This document shows, piece by piece, positions 39,671-63,538 of a DNA stretch of 64,000 nt. Below the pieces are notes generated by a model that was not told the DNA's origin, did no database searches, and worked only from the letters and a program-made list of their open reading frames with translations. Location of the stretch: NCBI GenBank assembly GCA_037447605.1, contig CM074811.1:2852001-2916000 (forward strand), given 5' to 3'. The position numbers and the translations under genes were made by a program. Each line of letters opens with the position of its first letter. The first letter of the stretch is position 1. The DNA is from Zygnema circumcarinatum SAG 698-1b. Lineage: Eukaryota > Plantae > Zygnematophyceae.

Positions 39671-40335
39671 CTGCCTATGGGGTGGCTAATGCTAAGGCTA
39701 AGGCTAAGGCTATGTGGGGGGGCTATGGCTGCTCTGTTCTGGTCTCCAACCAGCAGCTGAGTGAAGAATTAGGGTTTGTGGGGCGGAAGGCGAATTGGGT
39801 CGGATGAGATTTTTTTTTTTTTTAACTGAAAAAGGTCATCTTAAGAGTGGCAGAAACCTGCACATCATCCTCGCTGCAGGAGGGTGATTCACTACACTGA
39901 AACGAAGCGTGAATCCTGTGCTTCTCAGCGTAACTGAATCGCAATTGTTCGTCGGATTACTGTACGGTACTGCAAATTTTACAACCTTCTTAGAATTAAA
40001 AACCATAATGTATCTACTTTTTCGCTGCATTATGTTGCCCTATGTGGGGCCCCCACTCCTGCCGAGAGGAGAGACGTTCTATGTGACGAACTGTTTAACG
40101 GTAACTGGAACAGCGAACCATCCCACATAGCATCATGGAATATCCAGTTGGGTCGTTCACATGTGCCTCCAACAAAAACATGAAAATAGGATTCCCACTT
40201 GGACCCACAACTAGGGATGGCCCGCGTTATAAAGTCCGACTATATTATATACTTTACAACGGGTTTAAAAGTAGTAATATAGTACAAAGTAAAACACTTT
40301 ATTACATATATTATACCAACTCGTTTTGAACAATT

Positions 40336-40485
40336 GACGACCGTACGACCGTACTCGTACGGTCATACGGTCGTACCATACAAAAATTTGGTCGTTTTGG
40401 CGTTGGCGTTGCGAAATGCGTCCGTCTGGTTCACTCTGTCTTCACCGCATAATACCGTACGGTCGTACGACCGTACGACCGTACA
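40336..40485. repeat. CGACCGTA(C)-based palindromic/hairpin cluster between the GT92 and chitinase genes
   Basis: Hairpin 40338-40373 (17-bp arms, 1 mismatch, TC loop) and perfect 22-bp palindrome CGTACGGTCGTACGACCGTACG 40456-40477. These are flanked by an imperfect inverted pair (tatactttacaacg ~40247-40260 / cgttgtaaagtat ~40497-40510). Confidence 0.85.
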
Positions 40486-40641
40486 TATTGTAAAGGCGTT
40501 GTAAAGTATTATATAACAGCCGTTATTTAGTCGTCACAGTTATATAATATAATATAGATTATAGAGTCGTAATTAAGCCATCCCTACCCACAACTGGTTC
40601 CCTCTGCCATTGAAAAACTCTCCGTGTCCGTACAAACTATC

Positions 40642-40687
40642 AGTCAACCTTTTGGTCAACGAGTTGACACTTTGAGGTCAACGAGTT
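40642..40687. promoter_or_regulatory. Triple W-box cluster upstream of the chitinase
   Basis: AGTCAA 40642-47, GGTCAA 40654-59 and 40676-81 (reverse complements of TTGACT/TTGACC). Direct repeat GGTCAACGAGTT occurs twice, about 470-510 bp before the chitinase ATG. Confidence 0.5.
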
Positions 40688-41152
40688 CTCTTTTTTTCAA
40701 CGGAAAAAAACAAATTTTGTTCCTGTCGTTTCATGAAAGTGGACCACGACCGTACGAATTAGAGTACGGAAACCGTACTGTAATTCGTACGTGGACTTGC
40801 TTGCGCTGGCGTCATGTGTACGGTCTCCGCACTAGTGGGCTCCAGCTGGTCGTCGCCGCAGCGTAGTTTTAACGTGTGAAGCGAGAGGCGAGGACCGGAG
40901 AGGAGAGGGTAAGAGCGGAGAGAGAGAGAGCGAGAGAGAAAAAGGGAGAGTTGAGGAAGAGAAAAGGGAGTAGAAGAGGGAGAGGGAAGGGGGAGAGAGG
41001 AGAATTGGGAGGGGAGGACCGGAGGAGAGGAGAGGGTAAGAACGGAGAGAGAGAGAGAGAAAGGGAGAGAGTGTGGGAGGTGAGGGAGAGAAAAGGGAGA
41101 AGGAAGGGGGAGAGAGGAGGAGTGGGAGAGGGGAGGAGACAAGGAAGGAGCG

Positions 41153-43222
41153 ATGTCTGCGTCGCCGCAAATGGGGTTTGCGGTGCTCTTGTGTGCTGCA
41201 GCCATGGCTGCCCTGTGCGGCCTCGCGGAAGCTGATGGAGAGTGTGGCGCGGGCAATGGCGGGGCTATATGCCCCGGAGGCTTGTGCTGCAGGTCAGTGC
41301 CTCTCAAGCAACCCTCTGTTTCTTGGAATTCTCTCACCGTGGAAAGGTTATATCTTGCATGTTGTTTGTATGCTGATGTTCTCTCTCCTTCGCTCCCTCC
41401 CTCTCCCTCTCCCTCCCCCTTCTCTCCCTCTCCCTCCCCCTCCTCTCCCTCTCCTCCTCCCTCCTCTCCTCTCCCTCCCTCCTCTCCCTCTCCCTCCCCT
41501 CCTCTCCCTCCCTCCCCCTCCTCTGCCTCTCCCTCCCCCTCCTCTCCCTCTCCCTTCCCCTCCTCTCCCTCTCCCTCTCCCTCCCCCTCCTCTCCCCCTT
41601 CCTCTCTCACCTCTCCCTTTTCCGGACCTGCCACGTGGCAGTCAATACAACTGGTGTGGCAACACCGCCGCCTACTGCGCCGCCGGCTGCCAAAGCAACT
41701 GCTGGAAACCTCCCCCTGCTCACGTGCCCTCTCCCCCACCCACGCCATACGCCGCCATGAAGAGGATCGCTTACTACCCTAACTGGGCGGTCTATACTTC
41801 ACCTCCCTACGCCTTCTTTCCGGAAAACATTTCCACCGGCTACTTCACTCATGTCCTCTACGCCTTCGCCGGAATCAGCTCTACAACATTCAAGGTCAGG
41901 ACATGGCTGCTCTCTCACCTTCTATACTCCGTTATTTGGGTCATGAGAGGAGGTAACCCAGCTCAGTCAGACCCCTTCCAATTTTTTGATTTGCAGGTTG
42001 TCTCGACTGACCCGGAGGTAGACTACGGTCCGGACCCCACGAACAGCCCACAGAAGGGCCTGTACTTTCGGTTCAATAAGAAGGTGCATGCAGGGGGTGC
42101 CAAGACTCTGATATCTATTGGAGGCGGAGGCAATCCTCAAGTAACAAAAGCCTTTTCCACCTTGGCAAAAACATACTCCGGCCGCTCGGCCTTCATATAC
42201 AGCGCCATCTCCTTCGCCCGAAAGTACGGCTTTGATGGCATTGACTTGGACTGGGAGATCCCAACAGGCTCCATCGATAAGGCGAACTTTGCCACTCTGT
42301 TGACTCTCTTCAGAACCCGAATAACGAGCGAAGCGAAAGCAACAGCGAAGCCGGCTCTCCTCCTGACGGCAGCAGTAGCTGCATGGGGCCCGGATGCTAA
42401 GCAGGCCTACGATGTGCCTACGCTTGCAGCGAAGCTTGACTGGGTGGGAGTGATGACCTACGACTTCCACGGCTCTTGGGAGAAGGTTACCGGCCTCCAT
42501 ACAGCGTTGGCAGACTCCGTCGATCCGTCGGTCTCTATTAAGGGAGCGGTGAAGACATGGATGGATCTGGGCCTGCCGAAGAGGAAGCTTGTAATAGGGC
42601 TTGCCATGTACGGCCCTTCTTGGACTCTGACTAATGTTAATAATCACGGTGTGGGTGCTGCAGCGACTGGTGTCGGCAAGCCCGGCCCCATTACGAAGGT
42701 CTCTCTCGCTCTCCCTCTCTCTATCTCCCTCTCACTCTCTCTCTCTCTCTCCCCCTCTCCCTTCCCCTTTCCCACTCCCCTCGTCTCTTCCTCCCCCTCT
42801 CTCCCCCTGTCTTGCCCTCTCTAATCGCCCACTCTTTCGCTCTCTCCATGCAGTTTCCAAGTCTCAATAGTCGTAAACCCACATCGCAATGAATGAATGA
42901 CTGGCATACTCAAATACTCAGATTTTTTCTTCTCATCTAATTTCTTTGCCCTTTTCTTCGACAGGACTCGAGCGGCTCGTGGACCTACTACGAAATTGTG
43001 AAATACCATGTGAACAGTGGAGCCACAGTTGTGACCGTACCCGCGGCAGCTTCCGTATATGCATACAAAGGGACTCAGTGGATCGGATACGACAACGTCG
43101 CCACCATCAAAGTGAAGGCCAAGTACTCCAAAACCTCGGGGTTTGCGGGGTACATGTTTTGGAGCATCGATCAAGATGACAAATTCTCTCTCTCTGCAGC
43201 TGCGCAGGCGGCTATCAAGTAG
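41153..43222 (+). CDS. Secreted chitinase: signal peptide + hevein-type chitin-binding domain (CBM18) + Pro-rich hinge + GH18 (class V-like) catalytic domain
   Basis: Exons: 41153-41292, 41642-41895, 41997-42698, 42965-43222. Spliced hevein domain [38 protein letters not shown] (8 Cys), hinge KPPPAHVPSPPPTP, and GH18 motifs THVLYAFA, KTLISIGG, FDGIDLDWEIP (intact DxxDxDxE), VMTYDFHGSW, KLVIGLAMYG, WIGYDN and GYMFWSIDQDD. Confidence 0.95.
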
Positions 43223-44878
43223 GTTTTGAGTTGTAAAATATTACAGCAGTATATGGGTGTGTTCTACGTGGGTATGTAATAGGGGGGTCGTTCGATCTTC
43301 CTGGTTTTTACAAGCCTTTTGATACTCTGAAGTTTTGGGAAGGAGGTGAACGGAAAGGGAGGGGAAGAGAGGGAAAGGAGCGAGGTGTTCGGGGTTGAGC
43401 TTGTCAAGTTTATTTTCAGCCCCGTCAAGGGCAATTTTGTATTTTGTATATTTTTTATATAATTTTGTATCATGTATGTGTTCACAAACAGACGCGTGAA
43501 GCTCTCGTGCGAATCCCCGGCTTCAAATGACCATGCAATGAGCTCGTATCTCTCGGTCGAAGGTCGGAAAGCTTTCCTCGAAAACATTGTCGCCTCGGTT
43601 CAAGCCCTCATCACATGTCCCCAGATCGAAGCACACCCGATAAAGATGCAACCACTACCAATGGCATTCCCCATACCCAAAACCGTCTGCAGACGGAAAC
43701 CCCCCAACAACTTGATGAAGCCGACGCTTTTGTATTGGAACTTAGCAGCCAAAACCCACCTGCTCCATGTCTCGTCGATACAGCCGCCGTATGCATGCAT
43801 GGAAGCGAACATGCATACATAATATATATAAATATATATATATATATATGCATGTAAGTTCCGAATCTGGCGGGGAAACGTGGTAGCATGAGAGGAGGAC
43901 ACACATCTCAAATGGCCCATTGGCAGCCATGTCACGAGTCGATCTCCCAACCAGGGACCATGCAGAGACATGCAACTTCATCAACATCTGCATTCGCTCC
44001 CTAGCTTGCCTCCCCGCCACCCCCTCTCCCCGCAACCTTTCCTGTCTACCAACAAAACCATACATTTCAGGACCATCCCCATGCTCTTAAGGCAATTGAA
44101 TTGGCATTGGACTCGCGCTAGCGATGCCATGAAATGTGCGCCATGGACGTTTTGTTGGGCAGAGTACGTTTTCTATTTTTTCGAGACTATAGGCACCTGG
44201 GAGACGATGGTGCAGACGCTTCTGATTGGCTGATGCGCGATTTGGGCTGTGGTGTTGCAGTTTTGGAATGTGCTTTTATCGAGCGCTGCACGTAACTGCG
44301 GTCCCGTGGCTCTGAACAGTTCGCGACATTTCCCCGATTTCAGTCGACTATGGAGCATGGAACGGGGCTGAGCTGCCTCCTGCCTGGCTTCTCCTTGATG
44401 CCCAGCAGACCATGGCTGCGTTTTAGGGTTAGGGTTGTGAGGGCTGCAGAGGGTGCTGCAGGCTGAAGGACTGGTGGCTCACGTACGCGAAAAATTTCTG
44501 CAGACAAGACGCTGCATTTGGACGAGGTTGTTCAAGTAAGGTTTGGACTGCATTAAGGAGCATTTGAGAATACAACCATGAAGAAGCTGACAAGATGGAA
44601 AGCTGTTGCATGCAGCTGATTTTCCTGATTCAATATCTTGTTAAGATTTATTTTAATCTGGCTGTGTAGGTGATACTGTTTTTTTGTCTTTCCTTTTGAC
44701 TATTTTCAACTTTTTTAATTGCTTTCCGCAGGAATTTCAGCTTCGTCTGTTCCGCCTAGTGATTGGATGCTAGTTTGAAGCATGCCAAAATGGAATAGCG
44801 TTTTTAACGCTATCGCAATTTCAGCGTTTTCTGCTTCAGCTAAAAGACTCTGGACAGATTTAAGTTAAAGTTGAGTAA

Positions 44879-47800
44879 GTGATGAATGCAGTCGCTCAGC
44901 TAGGAGAAAGGATGATGTATACCACGGCTTCCGGTAATGTCATCGATGCAGAAGAGGATGAAGGCGACGATATTACTATCGAAAGCGGTGAAGAAGAGAA
45001 CGAAGGGAAGGCAGCTGAAAGTTCTGCGTTTCAGTACCAGTTGCAGTATCAGCATTTTCAACAGTATCAAAACATTGGTTCGAGGACTAGTAGCGCCCAT
45101 TTTCAAGGAGGAAGTGGTCTGTATGCGAGTGAAGGGGAAACTCAAAATCAGCAAACCAACAATAGTGAAGGCGGCTCCAGCTTGCATTTACGTCTGACTG
45201 CTAATGGCACAATTGCAAGATTACCGGAACAGAACCAAAGCAAGAATCTAAAATCAAATCAATACACTGAGTTTGCTACGGATGCGTTTGCCGGTGGTTT
45301 TTCGTCACACCATCAAGCGCAGAGCAGCATCGATGGCGAAGAATGCAGTTCGAGAAGTGCCAGTGGCTGCTACAAGCAGGGTCCAAGCGGAGATGGGGAG
45401 AAAGATCAGCTGGAGGCGAACGAAAAGCAGAATGGAAAAAGCGCGACTGAATGTATGGAAGGTGACGATGATTCTCTGTTGAGAATAATGTACAGCAGAC
45501 AAGAGCAGGAAACAGCCGTTCCGGGTGAAGCCTCGGAGCCATCTTTGACACGGACCTTTGTTTTGGATACTCTCGATTTGCCAGAACGAGCCGTGGGTTC
45601 CATAGGAGAGGATTTAGAACCTTCCCTAACTGGGGTACAAGGCAATGCCAAATATCATGAGGATGAAGGGAAACTTGAAGATGAATGTAGCGAGGATTTT
45701 GGAGAGGCCGAAAACAACATTTCGTCGGGTTTTGGCCAAATTCCAGGTTTGCCTTCTTCACGCGAGGTTGCTCAGACAGACATCAGCATTCCACTTGTAC
45801 ATTTAGAACCAGCTCCTCCCACCTGGGACCCGAGGAGGCCGATTGCTGACCCATCGTGGGCAGAAGATCACGATTTGATCAATTATAGCCGGAAGTGGTA
45901 TGCGTTCACGCCGGCAACACATAGGCTTATGGTGAACTCCATTGTAGCAGGGGCTTTTCCCGATGAAGCAACCATATACGCGGCAGATCCAGGATTTCGG
46001 CAGCTAAAGAAAGCTAAGGCGTCCATGCGAGTGTTTGGTGCTGGAAAATGGCGAAGCTATCAGGTAGTCGGCTTGTTTGGCCAAAAAAAATGGTGGGGGG
46101 GGGGGGGAGGGGGGGGGGAGGGGAGTCTACCTTGCTGCTGATGTACTTGTACCTTGTTTGCTCGCAACTGAGTATTTGGAGCTCACGTGTACGCGTTGCA
46201 AAGGACTCAGTTTGAGCATGGCAAACCTATTGGCATCGCAATCTGTTCAAAATTGCGAGAGAAGTTGGGTTCCGTTCCATACTCAGTAGAGTGATGTTGG
46301 CACAGAGTTAGCCTGCTGTTCCTTCTATGTATTACAGTCCTCGCCCAGCTTGATGTTCCCAGCGAGCATATGATCAAGTCTCAAGTACTGACCTATTGCT
46401 CTTGCTGTTTGAAGTGAACGCTGTGTAGGAGAAACTGGGCGCCAGAATTGCTGCTGATGGAGAACGAGAACTTTTTTTCAAGGATAAGCCCGACAAGCTC
46501 ATCCCTCATCTTGCCCTTTGGCGAGACATAGTTGACAAGTGCCATGTCCCTTCTACAGGTGTGCACTATGCTCTCCGCGGATGTCAGACAGCCATTGCAA
46601 AGCAGTGGGTGAGTGATCCGGCCAGACATGGAATTCCAGGAGCATATATTGATGCTCGGCGAGCAAAGTGCGCATTTTGTGCTTTGGGTCTACTTCCAGA
46701 CGCAACCAACCTGTCTCTGCCGACTGTGCAGGGTAGGGGTATGCCTGTAGAAGGAAAGACGAGTAAAAGGAATAGGGACGAGGAGGGGGGAGAAGTGGAG
46801 AGAAGGGAGCTCAGTGTGCCTTCCCTAGGGAGGCTAGAGATGTGGGTAGATGTTGGGCAAGGAGAGCAGAGCGCATTAGCGGAAGATGGAAGGGAGCAGG
46901 TAGACGAGATGTATCATGGAGCAGAGGTGAATGTGGAGGTAGAATCTGACCAGGAAGAAGGCCGCAACGCCGTGGAAAGAAATGGAAGCACTGAGGAAAA
47001 GGGGATGATGGAAGAGAGAAGATGCGTTGCAGCGAATGGATTTCGACGTCAGGTGAAGAGAGCACAGCGAACTTCTCTGACTTGGTCAAACACAGTCAAT
47101 CTTCCAGTCCAGGAAGTCATACCCTTCATCCTCACAACTCTCGTAGAGCATCGAGCTTTTGTGAGGCCTGAGAACCGCTATCCTGTTCGGAAGGATGGCA
47201 ATGTGGTCTCCTGGGCGACTACGTATGTCTGCCATAGGGGCCGGAAAGGTGTCTGCCTGCAGAGAAAGTACAATACGAGCCGCTGGGTAAACTGTCAGTT
47301 CCGCATTCAAATGATCATCCCATGCAATGGAGCATCCCTTGAGAGACAGCAGCTCGCCACAGTGAAAGTGCACCCAAAGCATGAGGGCCATGACCCTTCC
47401 TCTCTCGAGGACTGCCGTTACCTTCCCTGCCATCCATGGGCATCGGCTGCTGCAGAGGCAGAGATTCGGAAGGGTCCTGCTGTAACTTCTGGAGAAGCTT
47501 ATGCAGCTTCCAAGAAGATGGAACCTGCTTTGAAATCTGCCGCCAGTGCTGCCGACCAAGCAATGTACAGGTGGGTGGCTTATCGTGCATCGCCTTTCTG
47601 TCTCAAGTTTTCGTCATTGTGAAGGTTATTCTTGGCCTACCGACAGGAAGGGTCTTTGTAAGGGATGTCCTCCATTTTTCATAAAAGGGGTTGTAGAGTG
47701 CCTGTAGAGCATGCTATCCTGGAGGTTCAATCAAATGTATAGATTTTCTTCAGATCTTGATTCGATTGACTTCGTGGGTTGGGCAATCCCCAGATTTTGC

Positions 47801-48410
47801 TGCTCCAAAAACGAAATTGCAAAAATGGTGAAGTTGCGTACCGAGCAGCTGGAGGTTCTGAAAGTTCAAATTGAAGAGGTTGAGATTCTTTTGGAAGCTG
47901 TCAAGGGCAACGTGAGGAGAATGAGGCTTTCAGCAATGCAGAGCGTAGCAGGAATGCTTGCTGCTGCCAGACGGACCATGCAGGACGCTTTAGTGGAGCA
48001 GGTATACACCCTCTCGCGATTTTCAGAGTGTGAGTCATTTTACATGACAGGAATGTAGAGCCTTCCGCATGCCCCACCTTTCAAACATCATCAGAGATCA
48101 TTCCTAGCAGCCTCCTTCTTCGAATATGGCGTTCATTACCGCAGCTTGAGGCTGTCAAAACCGGCAGTAAATTGGTGTGTTGTAAAGGTTTTTAACATCC
48201 TGTGAATATTTAGTGCCTCATTTAAAAAAAAAAATCTGCGTTCGATGTCTTTTCGATTTTTATGTGCAGGTTGTTATTGGTAGTGAGGGTCAGGGCGGCA
48301 ACCGGGAGCATACTCTTGTGGAGATGTTAGAGGCGCACGTGGAGGGCTCCAGCCAGGACAGGTGGCGCCGCGCCACTGGCTCAGATTTAATGTGTCACAA
48401 GGAAAGGTAG
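44879..48410 (+). CDS. Multi-exon hypothetical protein: acidic disordered N-terminus, WRKY/GCM1/FAR1-like (MULE-type) zinc finger, C-terminal coiled coil
   Basis: Long ORFs 44879-46141 and 46561-47622 have plausible donors and acceptors, with further exon-like ORFs 47711-48058 and 48213-48410. TTYVCHRG...SRWVNCQFRI...HPKHEGHDP...LP fits the C-x(n)-C...H-x2-H pattern of Mutator-type DNA-binding domains. No DDE core was recognised. Gene boundaries are uncertain. Confidence 0.55.
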
Positions 48411-49309
48411 CTTGAAAGTCAAGAGTTTTGGGCTTCCCCTCTGTGCAACTGAACTCAACACCTGCACCAATCGATCCTATGTTCCCCAGACATCCATCCG
48501 CGGATTTTTGCAGTCTGATGTCCTTTGGGTCTTCGACGACACCTCTCTTCTGGGGTGGATGAGAGTTCTCTTCACTTGTACGGCATGGCAGGGCGGAGAG
48601 GGAGGCAGGGAGGGGGGCGGAGGGGGTCCCCTTCTTTTTTAATGCAGGAGACGGCTCTCCTCTGTGTGTTATTTAGGTTAGATAGGGGGCTGGCTGCTGT
48701 CTGCGTCACTGGCCAGGCGACTGTATCTTAGCAAGTCTGTAAAGTTTCGAGCAATTTACAATTTTTCTGCAGCCAACGTGTCCGTTCTTTGAATGAGGAA
48801 GACGTGGAACGTGAACTATTGACTGTTAAAAACTATTACATCACGAATATCCAGGAAGCGAACTAATGAGGACTTCAGCGGACTGGTGGGATACTGCTTT
48901 ACATTGCCAGTGGGTCTTTGAAGTCGCTGGCAGAGGTGACAATCATACCTAGAACATCCCTAAAGCTTCTTTGAACAGTGTAAGACCCTTGGTTCAGCCT
49001 CCCTCCCTTTGCCGTCCCTTGCATTGGGGGGGGGGGGGTAGTTATTGTTATATTGTTAATATTTGGATTGCAACGGCCTAAAAAGCTGAATAAGGTTTCT
49101 TCCTACGGTACGACGGCTGTCCTATGTGTCCGTCAGAGTTCCGTGCAACTGGAACAGTGACATGGAACGTCACTACCCAGCCCTGCCTCGGCCACAGTGG
49201 GGGAGTCGAGGAGACACTGGAGCCTAGGGAGCATTTTGGCCCTTGTGGAACCGGAAGGAAGGCCGGGGCTCCATTGAAGGTACCCTGTTGACCGCAAGCC
49301 AATAATGAT

Positions 49310-49941
49310 TTGCCACGTACGCGCATTGCCTGACGTGGCAAGTTGTGATTGGCTGGGATCATGCACAGTTGTGCTCAATAGAGTCCCGCCTTGAGCATGA
49401 AATGCCACAAACAGTACAATGTCGACAACAACAACAACAAGCACCAATGCCCACAAAAAGCCCAAACTGCCCAATGTGAATGCCATTGTTCCGTACCCAC
49501 AATATTTGTCGTGACGGGTCTTCCCCGTCCCCAGAACAACGATCTCCACTGTACGGCAGACCGCTCGTTGGCGCGTGCGTACACCATGTGATATCGACCG
49601 TACACCGTGTTACATACATTCGTCCTTGTCGTTTTCCTTCAGATACAGCCGCCCCTAGACGAGCCTCTCGCCAGCCAACCACCGTCGAGCTTCAGATCGC
49701 AAAAAACTATCTCCCGTCGCCGCCCCTCAGCGCCATCGTGGCGTAATCTCAGCCGTCAGATAAACCATCGGACGGTCCAAATTGGTTTGGGCCGTGAAAT
49801 ATCTGCCTGCGGTGGATGCACTTTTGGGCCGGCCCCCGTCGAGGCAGCATTTGATCCGCTGACGTCAGCAGAAAACCCTAATTTTGGCCCGCGGGACGGC
49901 CCGCCTGGCAGGGACAGCGTGCGGAGAGAGTGCCACGTGGC
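49310..49941 (+). promoter_or_regulatory. GIGANTEA upstream region with evening-element core and ABRE-like motifs
   Basis: AAATATCT 49797-49804, EE-like AAAACTATCT ~49703-49712, inverted ACGTGGC pair (TTGCCACGT 49310-18 / ACGTGGCAA 49333-41), palindromic GCCACGTGGC 49932-41, and GCTGACGTCAGC ~49859-70. Confidence 0.5.
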
Positions 49942-50302
49942 GGGAGGACAGCGGGGAGGGAGAGAGGGGGAGAGAGAGGGGGAGAGAGGGAGAGAGAGGG
50001 GGAGAGAGGGGAGGAGGTGGAAGGAGAAGGAGAGGTAGCTACGGGGCAGGAGGGAGGGAGCAGAAGCTGAGGTGGGAGAGAATTGAGAAAGGAGGAGGAG
50101 CTGGCAGCTGGCGTTGTGGTAGGAGAGGAGGGAGAGAGAGGCATTGCGATAGAGAGTGCGGAAGTGGGTGGTCGCCGTGTGAAGACAGGACGGGCGAAGG
50201 GAAGTTCGGAGTAAAAGAGGGAAAGAGAGTTAAATAGCAAAGGGGTGGGAAGGAGAGAGAGAGATAGAGTGAGAGAGGGTCGAGGCGCAGGGGCGAGGGG
50301 GA

Positions 50303-63538
<13,236 letters not shown>

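Noticed and set aside
44423-44437. Telomere-like TTTAGGGTTAGGGTT (also ~8987, ~11340, ~63920)
   Set aside because: Only 1-2 units each. These could be telo-boxes at most, which is not evidence of an interstitial telomere.
43900-49400. Autonomous Mutator transposon spanning the zinc-finger gene
   Set aside because: I could not find matching terminal inverted repeats, a 9-bp TSD or a DDE/MULE catalytic domain by eye.
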